DNA from: Prochlorococcus sp. scB245a_520K10
GTDB lineage: Bacteria; Cyanobacteriota; Cyanobacteriia; PCC-6307; Cyanobiaceae
NCBI GenBank assembly: GCA_000634515.1
Contig: JFNU01000169.1
Span: forward strand, 12,395-76,394
DNA: 64,000 nucleotides
Reading direction: 5' to 3'
Shown here: piece by piece, positions 37,978 to 49,277 of the stretch
Layout: every line of letters starts with the position of its first letter
How positions within the stretch are numbered: the first letter of the stretch is position 1
The notes under the pieces: generated by a model
What the model was told of the DNA's origin: nothing
The model's input: only the letters and a program-made list of their open reading frames with translations
Databases searched by the model: none
Made by a program: the position numbers and the translations under genes

Positions 37978-39354
37978 ATGGAAGATAAAGACAAAAATTC
38001 TAACGTAGAAAATGTTGTAATTATAGGTTCAGGTCCTGCAGGTTATACAGCTGCAATATATGCAGCAAGAGCAAATCTTCAACCTTTGCTCGTAACAGGA
38101 TTTAATTCTGGTGGTATTCCTGGTGGGCAATTAATGACCACAACATTTGTTGAAAATTATCCAGGTTTCCCCGATGGAGTGCTAGGCCCTGAATTGATGG
38201 ATCTAATGAAGGCTCAAGCAGAAAGATGGGGTACTAATTTATACGAAAGTGATGTTGTCTCAATAAATTCTGATTCACATCCCTTTGAATTAAAAACTTT
38301 AGATGGAACTATAAAAGCTAACTCAATTATTATTGCAACTGGAGCAAGTGCAAATAGATTAGGTGTGATAAATGAAGATAAATTTTGGAGTAAAGGAATA
38401 AGTGCTTGCGCAATTTGTGACGGAGCAACCCCACAATTTAGAGATGAAGAATTAGCTGTTATAGGAGGAGGGGATTCTGCATGTGAAGAAGCGGCATACC
38501 TCACAAAGTATGGCAGCAAAGTGCATTTGATTGTTAGATCCGAAAAATTAAGGGCTAGCGCAGCTATGGTTGATAGAGTAAAAGCTAATCCAAAGATAGA
38601 AATCCATTGGAACACAAAAGTTGATAAAGCTGATGGTTCTGAATGGCTCGAGAAAATACAAACTATTCACTCTCAAAAAGGCAAAGGTGAAATTAATATA
38701 AAGGGTCTTTTTTATGCGATAGGGCACACACCAAATACGAAGTTTCTTGATAACAAAATTGATCTAGATAATAAGGGATACATTGCCTGTAAATCAGGAA
38801 GGCCAGAAACATCTGTTGAAGGCATTTTTGCAGCCGGTGATGTTGTTGATTCTGAATGGAGACAAGGAGTTACAGCTGCAGGAACTGGATGCATGGCAGC
38901 TTTAGCTACCGAAAGGTGGCTAGCCGAGAAAAACTTAGCAAAAACTATAGTCAGAGAAACACCCGAACCAGAAAAAAAACTTAATTCATTAGATTTTAAT
39001 GAAGAAGAAGTTAATGAAGATACCTTCGATTCAAACTCTGAATGGCAAAAAGGCAGTTATGCATTAAGGAAACTTTATCACGAGAGTAAAAAACCTATCT
39101 TAGTAATTTTTAGTTCCCCAAGCTGCGGCCCATGTCATGTTTTGAAACCACAGTTGAAAAGGGTAATTAAAGAACTTGATGGTGCAGTGCTTGGCATTGA
39201 AATAGATATTGATAAAGATCAAGATATTGCAAAACAAGCTGGTATCAATGGCACACCAACAGTTCAGCTTTTTAAAGAAAAATTATTAAAAAAACAATGG
39301 CAGGGTGTTAAACAAAGAAGTGAGTTTAAAGAAGCGATAAAAAATATTCTTTAA
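37978..39354 (+). CDS. trxB: Thioredoxin reductase with fused C-terminal thioredoxin (NTRC-type)
   Basis: GSGPAG, CAIC, GGGDSA, C-terminal CGPC. Confidence 0.95.
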   Translation: MEDKDKNSNVENVVIIGSGPAGYTAAIYAARANLQPLLVTGFNSGGIPGGQLMTTTFVENYPGFPDGVLGPELMDLMKAQAERWGTNLYESDVVSINSDSHPFELKTLDGTIKANSIIIATGASANRLGVINEDKFWSKGISACAICDGATPQFRDEELAVIGGGDSACEEAAYLTKYGSKVHLIVRSEKLRASAAMVDRVKANPKIEIHWNTKVDKADGSEWLEKIQTIHSQKGKGEINIKGLFYAIGHTPNTKFLDNKIDLDNKGYIACKSGRPETSVEGIFAAGDVVDSEWRQGVTAAGTGCMAALATERWLAEKNLAKTIVRETPEPEKKLNSLDFNEEEVNEDTFDSNSEWQKGSYALRKLYHESKKPILVIFSSPSCGPCHVLKPQLKRVIKELDGAVLGIEIDIDKDQDIAKQAGINGTPTVQLFKEKLLKKQWQGVKQRSEFKEAIKNIL

Positions 39355-39363
39355 AGTAACTTT

Positions 39364-39633
39364 TTACTTATTATTCCTCTTAGGATTGTTTTTATTAGTA
39401 CTAGGTCTAGCGCCACCGCCTGCATTTCTTTCTCTATAGGTTATCCTCCCTCGAGAAAGGTCATAAGGACTTATCTCAACTAACACTTTGTCTCCAGCCA
39501 ATAATTTAATTCTAAATTTAGTTAATTTACCTGCAGCTCTACATAAACATTGATGTCCTTCAGGTTGTTCTAAGGTAACCAAATAAAATCCATTTCCCTG
39601 CTCTTTTTCTATTACACCTGAAGTTTCAATCAT
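39364..39633 (-). CDS. infA: Translation initiation factor IF-1
   Basis: IKLLAGDKVLVEISPYDLSRGRITYR. Confidence 0.95.
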   Translation of the reverse strand: MIETSGVIEKEQGNGFYLVTLEQPEGHQCLCRAAGKLTKFRIKLLAGDKVLVEISPYDLSRGRITYRERNAGGGARPSTNKNNPKRNNK

Positions 39634-39725
39634 TAATTAATTTTTTACTACATCAATAATATCAGAAAAAGATTGGCCAAAATTGATTTAAGAAAAATTA
39701 CATTCTTAAAAAAATTAAATTTATT

Positions 39726-39938
39726 TTAAATTGAAAATTTAATTTCATTAATTATTTGAAGTTGACCATAGTAAAAATTAGCTTTCGCAATTTTTTCAGA
39801 ATCTTCCAATTGATCAAAAAAAACAAATCCTAGGCTTTCCCATAATGAAGAACCGCATACATTATTCAATTCATTTTTTGCTTCTTTTGCAAAATTATCT
39901 AGTTTTCGCTCAAGATTTTTAGCTTTTGAAACAGACAT
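39726..39938 (-). CDS. Conserved small hypothetical protein
   Basis: Start reassigned to ATG 39938 (MSVSKAKNLERKLD...ANFYYGQ). Confidence 0.7.
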   Translation of the reverse strand: MSVSKAKNLERKLDNFAKEAKNELNNVCGSSLWESLGFVFFDQLEDSEKIAKANFYYGQLQIINEIKFSI

Positions 39939-39953
39939 AGGTACTAATATATT

Positions 39954-39969
39954 TAGTACAAATATACTA
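39954..39969 (-). promoter_or_regulatory. LexA-like box
   Basis: TAGTACAAATATACTA, one mismatch to TAGTACA-N2-TGTACTA, 15 bp upstream of ATG 39938. Confidence 0.6.
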
Positions 39970-39990
39970 TATAAGTCCAAAATTGCAATG

Positions 39991-40953
39991 TTAAAAAGGC
40001 AATCTCTTTTTTTCTTCAATATTTAGATCAGCTTCCATTTCCCTTAGTCTCTTAAGTATTTGTTGATAGTATTCTTTGATATAGCTCTCTAGTGATGTCA
40101 TATCTTCTTTTTTTAGATCCAATATTTCGTAGGTTTTGCTCATGTCAGCATCTAATGATTCTCCACTACTTGTTACTTCAGCGAAAGCCAATCTTTCGGC
40201 AACATTTAAAGAATCCTGGAAAAAAGAAACTACTTTCTGAGTAATACTAATCAGAAAAGGAGAAACTCTAAAAATTTTTGCCTTTTTTTCGCTAAATTTT
40301 TCACATAGTGATATGACTTCGTTTGAATTCCATGCTTTGGGGCCAACCAATGGCAATGAAGTTCTATGAGTTTTTGGATTATTCACTGCTGAGACAATAA
40401 CTTTTGCCATATCTTGAGTATTCATATAAGCAATTTTTGTTGGAGTCCCACTCATCCATACTGCTTGACTATCCAAGATTGGGATTGCAAATTGACCTAT
40501 AACTCCTTGCATGAATGCTGCACATTTGAAGATTGTAAATTCTAGATTAGATTTCTCAAGAAGTTTTTCAGTACAATGTTTGATGTCCATCAATGGAACG
40601 TTCCTGAATTTTTCTGTTAATAGTATTGAAAGGAATATCACCCTTTTTACATTTAGAGATTCACAAGCATTGAATAAATTAAGTTTTCCATCCCAATCTA
40701 TTTCATAAATACTTTTTGGATCATCAGGTCTACTAGTTGCCGCATCTATAACTGCTTCAATATCTTGCAATGCATATTCAATATCTGAAGAATTTAATAT
40801 ATTACCTTTTGTAAGCTCACAACCCCACTCTTGTAGAAAAGAAGCTTTTCTTGGGTTTCTGACAAAGCATCTTACTTCATGCCCCTCTTCTATGGCTTGC
40901 TTTGCTATTTGCCTACCAAGAGTCCCTGTTGCTCCTACTAAAAGAATCTTCAT
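39991..40953 (-). CDS. ycf39: Ycf39 NAD(P)-binding PSII assembly factor
   Basis: GATGTLGRQI, KASFLQEWGCEL, IDWDGKLNL. Confidence 0.92.
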   Translation of the reverse strand: MKILLVGATGTLGRQIAKQAIEEGHEVRCFVRNPRKASFLQEWGCELTKGNILNSSDIEYALQDIEAVIDAATSRPDDPKSIYEIDWDGKLNLFNACESLNVKRVIFLSILLTEKFRNVPLMDIKHCTEKLLEKSNLEFTIFKCAAFMQGVIGQFAIPILDSQAVWMSGTPTKIAYMNTQDMAKVIVSAVNNPKTHRTSLPLVGPKAWNSNEVISLCEKFSEKKAKIFRVSPFLISITQKVVSFFQDSLNVAERLAFAEVTSSGESLDADMSKTYEILDLKKEDMTSLESYIKEYYQQILKRLREMEADLNIEEKKRLPF

Positions 40954-41010
40954 ACTTAAGACTTACTTAACCTGTAGACCATAACTCAATTTGTAATGTA
41001 TTCGTGAGAA

Positions 41011-41109
41011 TCAATCTCCCTGAAACTTTAATAGTAATGCACCACCAACCAATCCTATTGGTATCAGTATCCAAAAAACTGCTGCAATACTAAAAATTTC
41101 TTTAGCCAT
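41011..41109 (-). CDS. petM: Cytochrome b6f subunit PetM
   Basis: [32 protein letters not shown]. Confidence 0.9.
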
Positions 41110-41201
41110 AGTAAAATTTAATAATTAATATAATTTACATTCAATATACATTTATTTGTTAAAAAAGTAGATAATGCAAATAACTTGAAAATTTTGCCTA
41201 T

Positions 41202-42146
41202 ATGAACACCAATTTTAAAGAAGAAAATATTAACTCCCCTAATTACTGGAATTGGAATGGTTTTAAAATTTGTTGGAGTGTCACTGGAGAACAAAATAAA
41301 ATTCCAATTATCTTTCTACACGGATTTGGTGCTAGTCGAAAACATTGGAGAAACAATTTAGAGTATTTTGCAAAAAGGGATTTTGCCTCTTATTCTTTGG
41401 ATTTAATAGGATTTGGCGATTCAGATCAACCTGGTATAAGACAAATTGGGAGATTAAATAATGAGATTTGGTGCAATCAAGTGAAAGACTTTATTACACA
41501 GGTTATAAGACCAAAGAATTCTGGGAAAGTAATTCTCATTGGCAATTCTCTTGGATCATTAGTGGCTTTAACATGTGCTGTTTTATTAGAGGACCAGATT
41601 GCAACAGTTATTGCATCTCCTCTACCAGATCAAATCAAGAAAAACAAAGAGAAAGAAAAAAAGAAATCATTTTTAAAAAAATTAAAAGATAGATTCATAA
41701 CAATATTTTTTATATTTTTCCCTTTAGAGATTATTTTATTTTTAATTGCAAAATTAGGGTTTATAAGGATAGGGCTAAATTCTGCCTATTTCAAAAAAGA
41801 TAATATTGATCCAGAACTAATAGATTTAGTAACAAAGCCCGTTTTAAGGAGGACTGCAGCCAGATCATTAAGAGCAATGTGTATTGGAATGTCAACAAGA
41901 GATGTAAAATTTCAAGTCTCTTACCTTTTAAGAAAACTTAGTGCCTCAAAAAAAGTACCTTTATTATTAATTTGGGGCGCTAAAGATAATTTCATACCTT
42001 TATTTCTTGGTAAAAAGATTGCAAATCTCTATAGATGGGTAAAATTAAAAATAGTATCCAACTCAGGGCATTGCATACATGATGAAGATCCTGCAGTATT
42101 CAATAGTATCTCTTATCAATGGATTAGAGATTTAAAAACCTTTTAA
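41202..42146 (+). CDS. Alpha/beta hydrolase
   Basis: LHGFGAS, GNSLG, GHCIHDE. Confidence 0.9.
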   Translation: MNTNFKEENINSPNYWNWNGFKICWSVTGEQNKIPIIFLHGFGASRKHWRNNLEYFAKRDFASYSLDLIGFGDSDQPGIRQIGRLNNEIWCNQVKDFITQVIRPKNSGKVILIGNSLGSLVALTCAVLLEDQIATVIASPLPDQIKKNKEKEKKKSFLKKLKDRFITIFFIFFPLEIILFLIAKLGFIRIGLNSAYFKKDNIDPELIDLVTKPVLRRTAARSLRAMCIGMSTRDVKFQVSYLLRKLSASKKVPLLLIWGAKDNFIPLFLGKKIANLYRWVKLKIVSNSGHCIHDEDPAVFNSISYQWIRDLKTF

Positions 42147-42149
42147 AAT

Positions 42150-42674
42150 ATGAAACATACATTATCAGTTCTTGTAGAGGACGAATCTGGAGCCTTGAGT
42201 AGAATCTCAGGTCTCTTTGCTAGAAGGGGATTCAACATAGATAGCCTTGCAGTAGGACCTGCAGAATCTAAAGGGATTTCAAGGTTAACAATGGTAGTAG
42301 AGGGTGATGATGAAACTCTTCAACAAATGACTAAGCAACTTAATAAGTTATTTAATGTTCTGGGAGTTGTAGATTTTACTAATCTCGCAGCTGTTGAGAG
42401 GGAATTGATGTTACTAAAAGTTTCATCGAAAGAAGATACCAGAAGTAATATCCTTGATATAGTGCAGATTTTCCGTGCAAAAGTTGTTGATGTATCAGAT
42501 ATAGCCTTAACTCTTGAGGTGGTTGGAGATCCTGGGAAGTTAGTTGCTTTGGAGAAATTACTCGAGCCATACGGCATCCTAGAAATAGCGAGGACTGGTA
42601 AGGTTGCTCTTAAACGTTCTTCAGGAGTTAATACAGAAATGTTAAAAATAAACAAATATTCTCTAGAAATTTAA
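42150..42674 (+). CDS. ilvN: Acetolactate synthase small subunit
   Basis: [24 protein letters not shown]. Confidence 0.97.
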   Translation: MKHTLSVLVEDESGALSRISGLFARRGFNIDSLAVGPAESKGISRLTMVVEGDDETLQQMTKQLNKLFNVLGVVDFTNLAAVERELMLLKVSSKEDTRSNILDIVQIFRAKVVDVSDIALTLEVVGDPGKLVALEKLLEPYGILEIARTGKVALKRSSGVNTEMLKINKYSLEI

Positions 42675-43282
42675 TTAGATATCTGGACTGCCTTGATATA
42701 GTCTTCTTTATTTATTTTTTTGAGTACATCTAATCCTTTAGTAATCTTTCCAAAAATAGAGTATCTTCCATCAAGTTCTGGGATTTTACTAGTTACAAAA
42801 AAAAATTCAGTAGATGAAGACTTTTTCTTACCGCTCTTAACCATAGCGATTGAACCACTCTCAAAAGTATTAATTAAATTTTTAGTTTCATTAGGATTTT
42901 TTATTTGATAGTTATATCTTGGTTTAATTTCTTCTTTGAATTTTATTTCTAAGGGTATTGAGGCACTTGTCTTATTTAGGGTTTGATTTTGTTGAATGTA
43001 AAATTCATTTTCTGGATTAACTCCTCCTTGTATAAATTTTATTTGGGGATAGTTAATTATTTTATAAAATTTTTTATTTTTATATATATTATTATCAATG
43101 TTTTCTAGAAAATTAGAAACTGTGACAGGGTAATCTTTACCTAATAATTTAACCTCGAAATCACCTTTTGAGGTTTTAAAATAGACTATTTTATTTCCTT
43201 TTAAACAAGTTAATTTAAGTTTTTGGCAATAATAATTTGAATCAATCTCATTTTTGAAACTACAAGCTGGTACAAAAAACAA
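42671..43282 (-). CDS. Cyclophilin-type peptidyl-prolyl isomerase
   Basis: [26 protein letters not shown]; true start probably slightly upstream. Confidence 0.85.
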   Translation of the reverse strand: MFFVPACSFKNEIDSNYYCQKLKLTCLKGNKIVYFKTSKGDFEVKLLGKDYPVTVSNFLENIDNNIYKNKKFYKIINYPQIKFIQGGVNPENEFYIQQNQTLNKTSASIPLEIKFKEEIKPRYNYQIKNPNETKNLINTFESGSIAMVKSGKKKSSSTEFFFVTSKIPELDGRYSIFGKITKGLDVLKKINKEDYIKAVQISN

Positions 43283-43323
43283 AATCTGAATTAAAAATAA
43301 TGTTTGAAATGAAAATACCTTTT

Positions 43324-43881
43324 TTATTTTAGACCCTCCAAATTAACATTCAAAAATTTAGCCAGCCTCGCTCCTTCTTCTTCAACCTGAAGAAGTGGTT
43401 TAAGTTCCCCTGCTCCGCTTAAAGGTAGTGGTTTTTTTCTACCTTTTAGGACTAGTGCAATTCTTCTTCTAGGATTTAATCCTTCACTTATATCTAGCTT
43501 AACCGATTTAATTTCATCAAAATTCAACTTAACTTCAATATCTTTAAATAACCCTTTTCTTTTTATTTCAACAGATTTTGATGATTTATCAAAAGAATTT
43601 ATTCCAGAACCAAAATTAATATAGACCAAATACCATAAATAAAAATTTAATAAATTGGCTATTATTCCATATGCTCCCATTATTATTCCTTGAGGTATGA
43701 ATAATAAAGTTGACGGATTGCCCAGAGGTAATAGATCCCTGCCTGTGTAACTTGATAATGAGGCCAAAAGAAAACCAATACCACCAATCGTTAACATTCC
43801 ACCAATTATATAATTAGAGATTTTTCTTGAACCGCCAATTTTTTGTTCGATTTTATCGAATGAGGTAAGGTCTGAATTCAT
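43324..43881 (-). CDS. ycf4: Photosystem I assembly protein Ycf4
   Basis: GSRKISNY, FIPQGIIM, EGLNPRR. Confidence 0.96.
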   Translation of the reverse strand: MNSDLTSFDKIEQKIGGSRKISNYIIGGMLTIGGIGFLLASLSSYTGRDLLPLGNPSTLLFIPQGIIMGAYGIIANLLNFYLWYLVYINFGSGINSFDKSSKSVEIKRKGLFKDIEVKLNFDEIKSVKLDISEGLNPRRRIALVLKGRKKPLPLSGAGELKPLLQVEEEGARLAKFLNVNLEGLK

Positions 43882-44064
43882 TTTTATCTTTTTTTAAGAG
43901 CCTAATTTAGTTAATTTAACAAAGTAAGGGAGTATTCTTACCTAATTTTTAATAAAAAAGTCAGGAAAGCTTTACAAGGCATTTCAGATATACAAATATT
44001 TCCCCACTTTACTCACAATCTTTGTTACAGTCACTGCGTATCCCGAAGCTAAAAACGATTTCTC

Positions 44065-45141
44065 ATGACGATCGCAGTTGGTAGCGCCCCACAAAGAGGA
44101 TGGTTTGATATCCTCGATGATTGGTTGAAGCGCGACCGCTTTGTATTTATTGGTTGGTCCGGACTACTTCTACTTCCTTGTGCATATCTTGCAATAGGCG
44201 GTTGGTTTGTCGGAACAACATTTGTTACCTCTTGGTACACACACGGAGTTGCAAGCTCATACCTTGAAGGTTGTAACTTTTTAACAGCAGCTGTAAGTAC
44301 CCCTGGTGATGCCATGGGACACAGTCTTCTATTTTTATGGGGTCCTGAAGCCCAAGGTAGTTTCGTAAGATGGCTACAACTTGGTGGTCTTTGGAACTTC
44401 GTTGCATTACATGGAGTATTTGGCCTAATTGGCTTTATGCTTCGTCAGTTTGAAATTGCTGGCCTTGTTGGAATTAGACCATACAACGCATTAGCTTTCT
44501 CAGCAGTAATTGCAGTTTTCACAAGTATTTTCCTTATTTATCCTTTAGGACAGCACAGTTGGTTCTTTGCACCTTCATTCGGTGTTGCAGCAATCTTCCG
44601 TTATATCTTGTTCATTCAAGGTTTTCACAATATTACTTTAAATCCATTCCATATGATGGGAGTAGCTGGAATTCTTGGTGGCGCTCTACTTTGCGCTATT
44701 CATGGAGCTACAGTACAAAATACTTTGTATGAAGATACAAGTATTTATACAGATGGTAAGGTTCAAAGTTCAACATTTAGAGCTTTTGATCCAACTCAGG
44801 AAGAAGAAACCTATTCAATGATTACAGCGAATAGATTCTGGAGTCAAATCTTCGGTATCGCTTTCTCAAACAAGCGTTTCTTACACTTCTTAATGCTATT
44901 TGTACCTGTCATGGGTATGTGGACATCTTCAATTGGTATTGTCGGCTTGGCACTAAACTTAAGAGCTTATGATTTCGTAAGTCAAGAAATACGTGCAGCA
45001 GAAGATCCAGAATTTGAAACTTTCTATACAAAAAATATACTTTTGAACGAAGGTATGCGAGCATGGATGTCTTCTGTGGATCAACCACACGAAAACTTTG
45101 TATTCCCTGAGGAGGTTCTTCCACGTGGAAACGCCCTTTAA
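44065..45141 (+). CDS. psbD: Photosystem II D2 protein
   Basis: [22 protein letters not shown]...[10 protein letters not shown]. Confidence 0.99.
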   Translation: MTIAVGSAPQRGWFDILDDWLKRDRFVFIGWSGLLLLPCAYLAIGGWFVGTTFVTSWYTHGVASSYLEGCNFLTAAVSTPGDAMGHSLLFLWGPEAQGSFVRWLQLGGLWNFVALHGVFGLIGFMLRQFEIAGLVGIRPYNALAFSAVIAVFTSIFLIYPLGQHSWFFAPSFGVAAIFRYILFIQGFHNITLNPFHMMGVAGILGGALLCAIHGATVQNTLYEDTSIYTDGKVQSSTFRAFDPTQEEETYSMITANRFWSQIFGIAFSNKRFLHFLMLFVPVMGMWTSSIGIVGLALNLRAYDFVSQEIRAAEDPEFETFYTKNILLNEGMRAWMSSVDQPHENFVFPEEVLPRGNAL

Positions 45142-46507
45142 TAATTTACTAAGAGCTCCAAACCAAAGTATTGAAGAAACTGGCTATGCCTGGTATGTAG
45201 GTAATGCTAGATTAATCAATTTATCTGGACGTTTATTAGGAGCTCACATTGCTCACTCTGGACTAATAGTCTTTTGGGCGGGAGCAATGATGCTCTTTGA
45301 GGTTAATCATTTTACTTTTGATAAACCAATGTGGGAGCAAGGTCTAATCTGTATGCCTCACGTTGCGATGTTTGGTTACGGAATCGGCCCTGGTGGTGAA
45401 GTTACTGACATCATGCCTTTCTTCCAAGCAGGTGTGGTTCACTTGATAGCTTCTGCTGTTCTTGGTTTTGGTGGTATTTACCATTCACTAGCAGGTCCAG
45501 AAAAACTTGAAGAAGATTTTCCATTTTTCTCTACTGATTGGAGAGACAAAAATCAAATGACTAATATCCTCGGATATCATTTGATTGTTCTAGGTGTAGG
45601 TGCATTAGCATGGTCAGTTAACTGGTGTTTTATTGGCGGTGCATATGACACATGGGCGCCTGGTGGTGGAGAAGTTAGACTTGTTAATCCAACCTTAGAC
45701 CCAAGAGTTATCCTCGGTTATCTATTTAGATCCCCATGGGGAGGTGCTGGTTCAATAATCGGTGTTAACTCCATTGAAGATATTGTTGGTGGACATGTTT
45801 ATGTGGGTATTACTGCAATTATTGGAGGAATATTCCATATCTTTACCAAACCTTTTGGATGGGCAAGAAGAGCATTCATCTGGAATGGTGAAGGACTGTT
45901 AAGTTACGCTCTAGGTGGAATTTGTGTAGCAAGTTTTATTGCCTCAACATTCATCTGGTTTAACAATACTGCTTACCCTTCAGAGTTTTATGGCCCAACA
46001 AATGCTGAAGCTTCACAGGCTCAAAGCTTTACTTTCCTTGTGAGAGACCAAAGAATTGGAGCTAACGTGGGTTCAACAATGGGACCAACAGGTTTAGGTA
46101 AGTATCTCATGAGATCTCCTACAGGTGAAATTATATTTGGTGGTGAAACAATGAGATTTTGGGACTTCAGGGGTCCATGGTTAGAGCCTTTAAGAGGTCC
46201 TAACGGTTTGAGCCTTGAGAAAATCCAAAATGATATTCAGCCTTGGCAAGTAAGAAGAGCTGCTGAATACATGACTCATGCTCCTAACGCTTCTATCAAC
46301 TCAGTTGGTGGAATCATTACTGAGCCAAACGCTGTTAACTTTGTTAACTTAAGACAATGGTTAGCCGCAGCTCAATTCTTCCTAGGTTGGTTTACATTTA
46401 TCGGTCACCTTTGGCATGCTGGACGTGCTAGAGCAGCCGCTGCTGGTTTCGAAAAAGGAATCGACAGAAAGAGTGAACCAGCTCTAGAAATGCCAGATTT
46501 AGATTAA
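45125..46507 (+). CDS. psbC: Photosystem II CP43
   Basis: GTG start at 45125 overlapping psbD; [18 protein letters not shown]. Confidence 0.98.
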   Translation: METPFNNLLRAPNQSIEETGYAWYVGNARLINLSGRLLGAHIAHSGLIVFWAGAMMLFEVNHFTFDKPMWEQGLICMPHVAMFGYGIGPGGEVTDIMPFFQAGVVHLIASAVLGFGGIYHSLAGPEKLEEDFPFFSTDWRDKNQMTNILGYHLIVLGVGALAWSVNWCFIGGAYDTWAPGGGEVRLVNPTLDPRVILGYLFRSPWGGAGSIIGVNSIEDIVGGHVYVGITAIIGGIFHIFTKPFGWARRAFIWNGEGLLSYALGGICVASFIASTFIWFNNTAYPSEFYGPTNAEASQAQSFTFLVRDQRIGANVGSTMGPTGLGKYLMRSPTGEIIFGGETMRFWDFRGPWLEPLRGPNGLSLEKIQNDIQPWQVRRAAEYMTHAPNASINSVGGIITEPNAVNFVNLRQWLAAAQFFLGWFTFIGHLWHAGRARAAAAGFEKGIDRKSEPALEMPDLD

Positions 46508-46519
46508 TTTCTATTTCAT

Positions 46520-46553
46520 AAAAAAGACCCTATCGAAAGATAGGGTTTTTTTT
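46520..46553. terminator. Bidirectional terminator psbC/maf
   Basis: A-run ACCCTATC GAAA GATAGGGT T-run. Confidence 0.85.
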
Positions 46554-46572
46554 GTTTATTTTTTTTTATTAA

Positions 46573-47184
46573 TTATCTATATAAATTCTTTCTTAGCCAT
46601 GGCAAACTCAACCCCATAACATTAGTGAAGCAACCCTCTATTTTTTCTATATATTTGCCGCCTATTCCTTCCAAAGCAAATCCACCTGCGCAGTATAAAG
46701 GTTCGTTTGTATCTACATAACTTTTGATTTCCCAATCTTCCAACTTAGAAAAATAAACTCTTGAACTTACTGTTTTTTTTATTATTTCAGTGATTTTAAA
46801 AATTTTGGAAGTTGAATCAAAATTCCCAACTATTAGAGTATGGCCAGTATGTAAAAATCCAAATTCTCCAGACATTTTTTTCCATCTATTAAATGCCTCC
46901 TCTTTATTAGATGGTTTTCCATAAGCTTCCCCTTTAAATTCAAAAATTGAGTCGCACCCAAGTATTTCCAATGGACCATAATTAAATTCTTTAGGAAATA
47001 ATGTTGTAGGAATATTTTCAGATAAACTATTAGCTTTTTGAAAAGATAATTCCAAAACTAAATTAAATATATTCTCTTCTTGAATAGTAGTTTCATCAAA
47101 GTCACTTGATATTTGGATAAATTGAATTTGACAATTTTCTAGTAATTTCTTTCTAGATTGAGAAGCAGAGGCTAGAATTAACAC
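46573..47184 (-). CDS. maf: Maf-family nucleoside triphosphate pyrophosphatase
   Basis: [24 protein letters not shown]. Confidence 0.93.
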   Translation of the reverse strand: MLILASASQSRKKLLENCQIQFIQISSDFDETTIQEENIFNLVLELSFQKANSLSENIPTTLFPKEFNYGPLEILGCDSIFEFKGEAYGKPSNKEEAFNRWKKMSGEFGFLHTGHTLIVGNFDSTSKIFKITEIIKKTVSSRVYFSKLEDWEIKSYVDTNEPLYCAGGFALEGIGGKYIEKIEGCFTNVMGLSLPWLRKNLYR

Positions 47185-47250
47185 AAATTTTTTACCAAAT
47201 TATAATTCAATTTACTGATTAATAAATTTTAAAATTAGTATAAATTACGA

Positions 47251-48780
47251 ATGGAGCCAAAAGCGAAATTATATTCAATAAAGAAACCAATAATGGTCTT
47301 AGGTACTTCCAGTGGAGCAGGGAAATCGTTAACGGTTACTGCTATTTGCAGGATTCTTAAAAATTTAGGAGAAGAACCAATACCTTTTAAAGGACAAAAC
47401 ATGAGTAACAACGCTTGGGTTGATTGGGAAGGTGGAGAAATGGCATATTCACAAGCACTTCAAGCCTTCGCATGTGGTATTAATCCTTCTTCAGAGATGA
47501 ATCCCGTTTTATTAAAACCACAAGGGAATTCAATAAGTGAGGTGATTCACCTTGGCAAAAGTATGGGGGTCACAACTGCAAAAAAATACTATAAAGATTG
47601 GTTTATTCCAGGATGGGAAGTAATTAAAAAAAGTTTAAACCTTATTTATAAAGAAAATCCAAATTGTCGTTTAATTATCGAAGGAGCTGGCAGCCCAGTA
47701 GAAATGAACTTAATTCATAGAGACCTTACTAATTTAAGAATTGCAAAGTATTTAAAGGCCAACTGCATTTTAGTCGCTGATATTGAAAGGGGGGGCGTAT
47801 TTGCTCAAATAATCGGAACTCTCGAATTAATGAAACCTGAAGAAAAGAAACTCATAAAGGGGATTATTATAAATAGATTCAGAGGAGACCTTTCATTATT
47901 TCAAGAAGGGAAAAATTGGATAGAGAATAGAACTCAAATTCCTGTAATTGGTATTATTCCATGGTTAAATGATTCATTTCCTCCAGAAGATTCTTTAGAC
48001 TTATTAGAAAAAAAATCTCGTTTTAAAAATCCTGAGATTAAAGTTGGAATCATAAAATTACCATCTATAAGTAACTTCTCAGATTTTGATCCATTAGAAA
48101 ATGAGGAATCAATATTAATTGAATGGATTAAAGAATCGCAGAACTTGATCGAGTATGACTTTGTTATTCTTCCCGGAAGTAAACAAACTATTAAAGATCA
48201 AATATTTCTTGAAGAGTCTGGTTTATCTGACGACATAAGGGAATATTCAAATAACAACGGGAATATTATTGGGATTTGTGGAGGTTTACAAATGTTAGGG
48301 ACAACACTTGAGGATCCATATTTTAAAGAGGGTTCCAAAAATTATTCTGAACAAAAAATTAATGGGATTGGATTACTACCATTAAAAACGACTTTCTCTG
48401 AAAAAAAATTAACACGTCAGATAAACTCTGAATCTGTATGGCCATGTAGATCAAAAATTAGTGGGTTTGAAATTCATAATGGTCAAACTGAATTGGAAGG
48501 CATAAAAAGCGCACTAAAGATTAAAACTATTTTTAAAGACATAGATCTAGGTTGGTACAAAGAGAATAATGGGGGTGGCACTATTGCAGGAACATATATT
48601 CATGGGATCTTTGAAAATGATATATGGAGAGATCAATATATAAATTTAATAAGGAAAAGAAAAAACTTACCAATATTAAATAAAAAATCTATATCTTATA
48701 AAAAGAAAAGAGAATCTATTATCAATAATCTTGCGAATGAATTCGATAAACATCTAAATCTCACATCATTTTTTAATTGA
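47251..48780 (+). CDS. cobQ: Cobyric acid synthase
   Basis: GTSSGAGKS, FKGQNMSNN, EGAGSPVE, GICGGLQMLG, TYIHG. Confidence 0.96.
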   Translation: MEPKAKLYSIKKPIMVLGTSSGAGKSLTVTAICRILKNLGEEPIPFKGQNMSNNAWVDWEGGEMAYSQALQAFACGINPSSEMNPVLLKPQGNSISEVIHLGKSMGVTTAKKYYKDWFIPGWEVIKKSLNLIYKENPNCRLIIEGAGSPVEMNLIHRDLTNLRIAKYLKANCILVADIERGGVFAQIIGTLELMKPEEKKLIKGIIINRFRGDLSLFQEGKNWIENRTQIPVIGIIPWLNDSFPPEDSLDLLEKKSRFKNPEIKVGIIKLPSISNFSDFDPLENEESILIEWIKESQNLIEYDFVILPGSKQTIKDQIFLEESGLSDDIREYSNNNGNIIGICGGLQMLGTTLEDPYFKEGSKNYSEQKINGIGLLPLKTTFSEKKLTRQINSESVWPCRSKISGFEIHNGQTELEGIKSALKIKTIFKDIDLGWYKENNGGGTIAGTYIHGIFENDIWRDQYINLIRKRKNLPILNKKSISYKKKRESIINNLANEFDKHLNLTSFFN

Positions 48781-49028
48781 AAGAAACAAACATTAAAATT
48801 TTATGGCCAAACAATATTGAAACATTTGTTTCAGAGGGAGATGATTGGTTCTCTACTGCAGAAAAAGCAGGTTTAAAAATTCCAACTGGTTGTCTTACAG
48901 GAAGTTGTGGAGCCTGTGAAATAGATGTAAATGGTGAAACAGTAAGAGCTTGTATCAGTGATATTAAAAATAATAAAAAAAATATATTAAAGGTTTCTTT
49001 GACTACAGATCCCTTCTGGGAAAACTAA
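48777..49028 (+). CDS. Small [2Fe-2S] ferredoxin-like protein
   Basis: GCLTGSCGACE...VRACI. Confidence 0.9.
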   Translation: MKETNIKILWPNNIETFVSEGDDWFSTAEKAGLKIPTGCLTGSCGACEIDVNGETVRACISDIKNNKKNILKVSLTTDPFWEN

Positions 49029-49184
49029 ATCTTCTTTTATTATTAATTAGATAATAAATTTAAATTTCAATAAAGTAGAAATTTACTTATAGCTATTAAT
49101 CTAGAAATTTTTAAAATTTATACTATTTGAACTGGAATAATTTGAAATGATATGAAAATTCCAACAACAGTAGTAAATAGGCAT

Positions 49185-49277
49185 AAAAAAAGACCCCTTA
49201 ATTATGGGGATCTTTTTTAGTTTTACTGAATAAAGTGTTTCCTTGTTTCCACTAATTCAATAAAACAACTCCTCTAC
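49185..49277 (-). ncRNA. yfr2: Yfr2-family sRNA
   Basis: 5' GUAGAGGAG, long stem capped by GUGGAAACAAGGAAACAC, terminator GAUCCCC..GGGGUC U-run; TACCTT -10. Confidence 0.88.

Noticed and set aside
37978-39354. TrxB-thioredoxin fusion as a novelty
   Set aside because: Known NTRC architecture in cyanobacteria and plastids.
44065-46507. psbD/psbC overlap and the D2 loop insertion ([15 protein letters not shown])
   Set aside because: Ordinary, known features of cyanobacteria and Prochlorococcus.
16836-47184. Many short antisense or alternate-frame ORFs inside the NSS transporter, selO, polA, dxr, pnt, trxB, ilvN and psbD
   Set aside because: Fully overlap well-supported genes and lack recognisable motifs.
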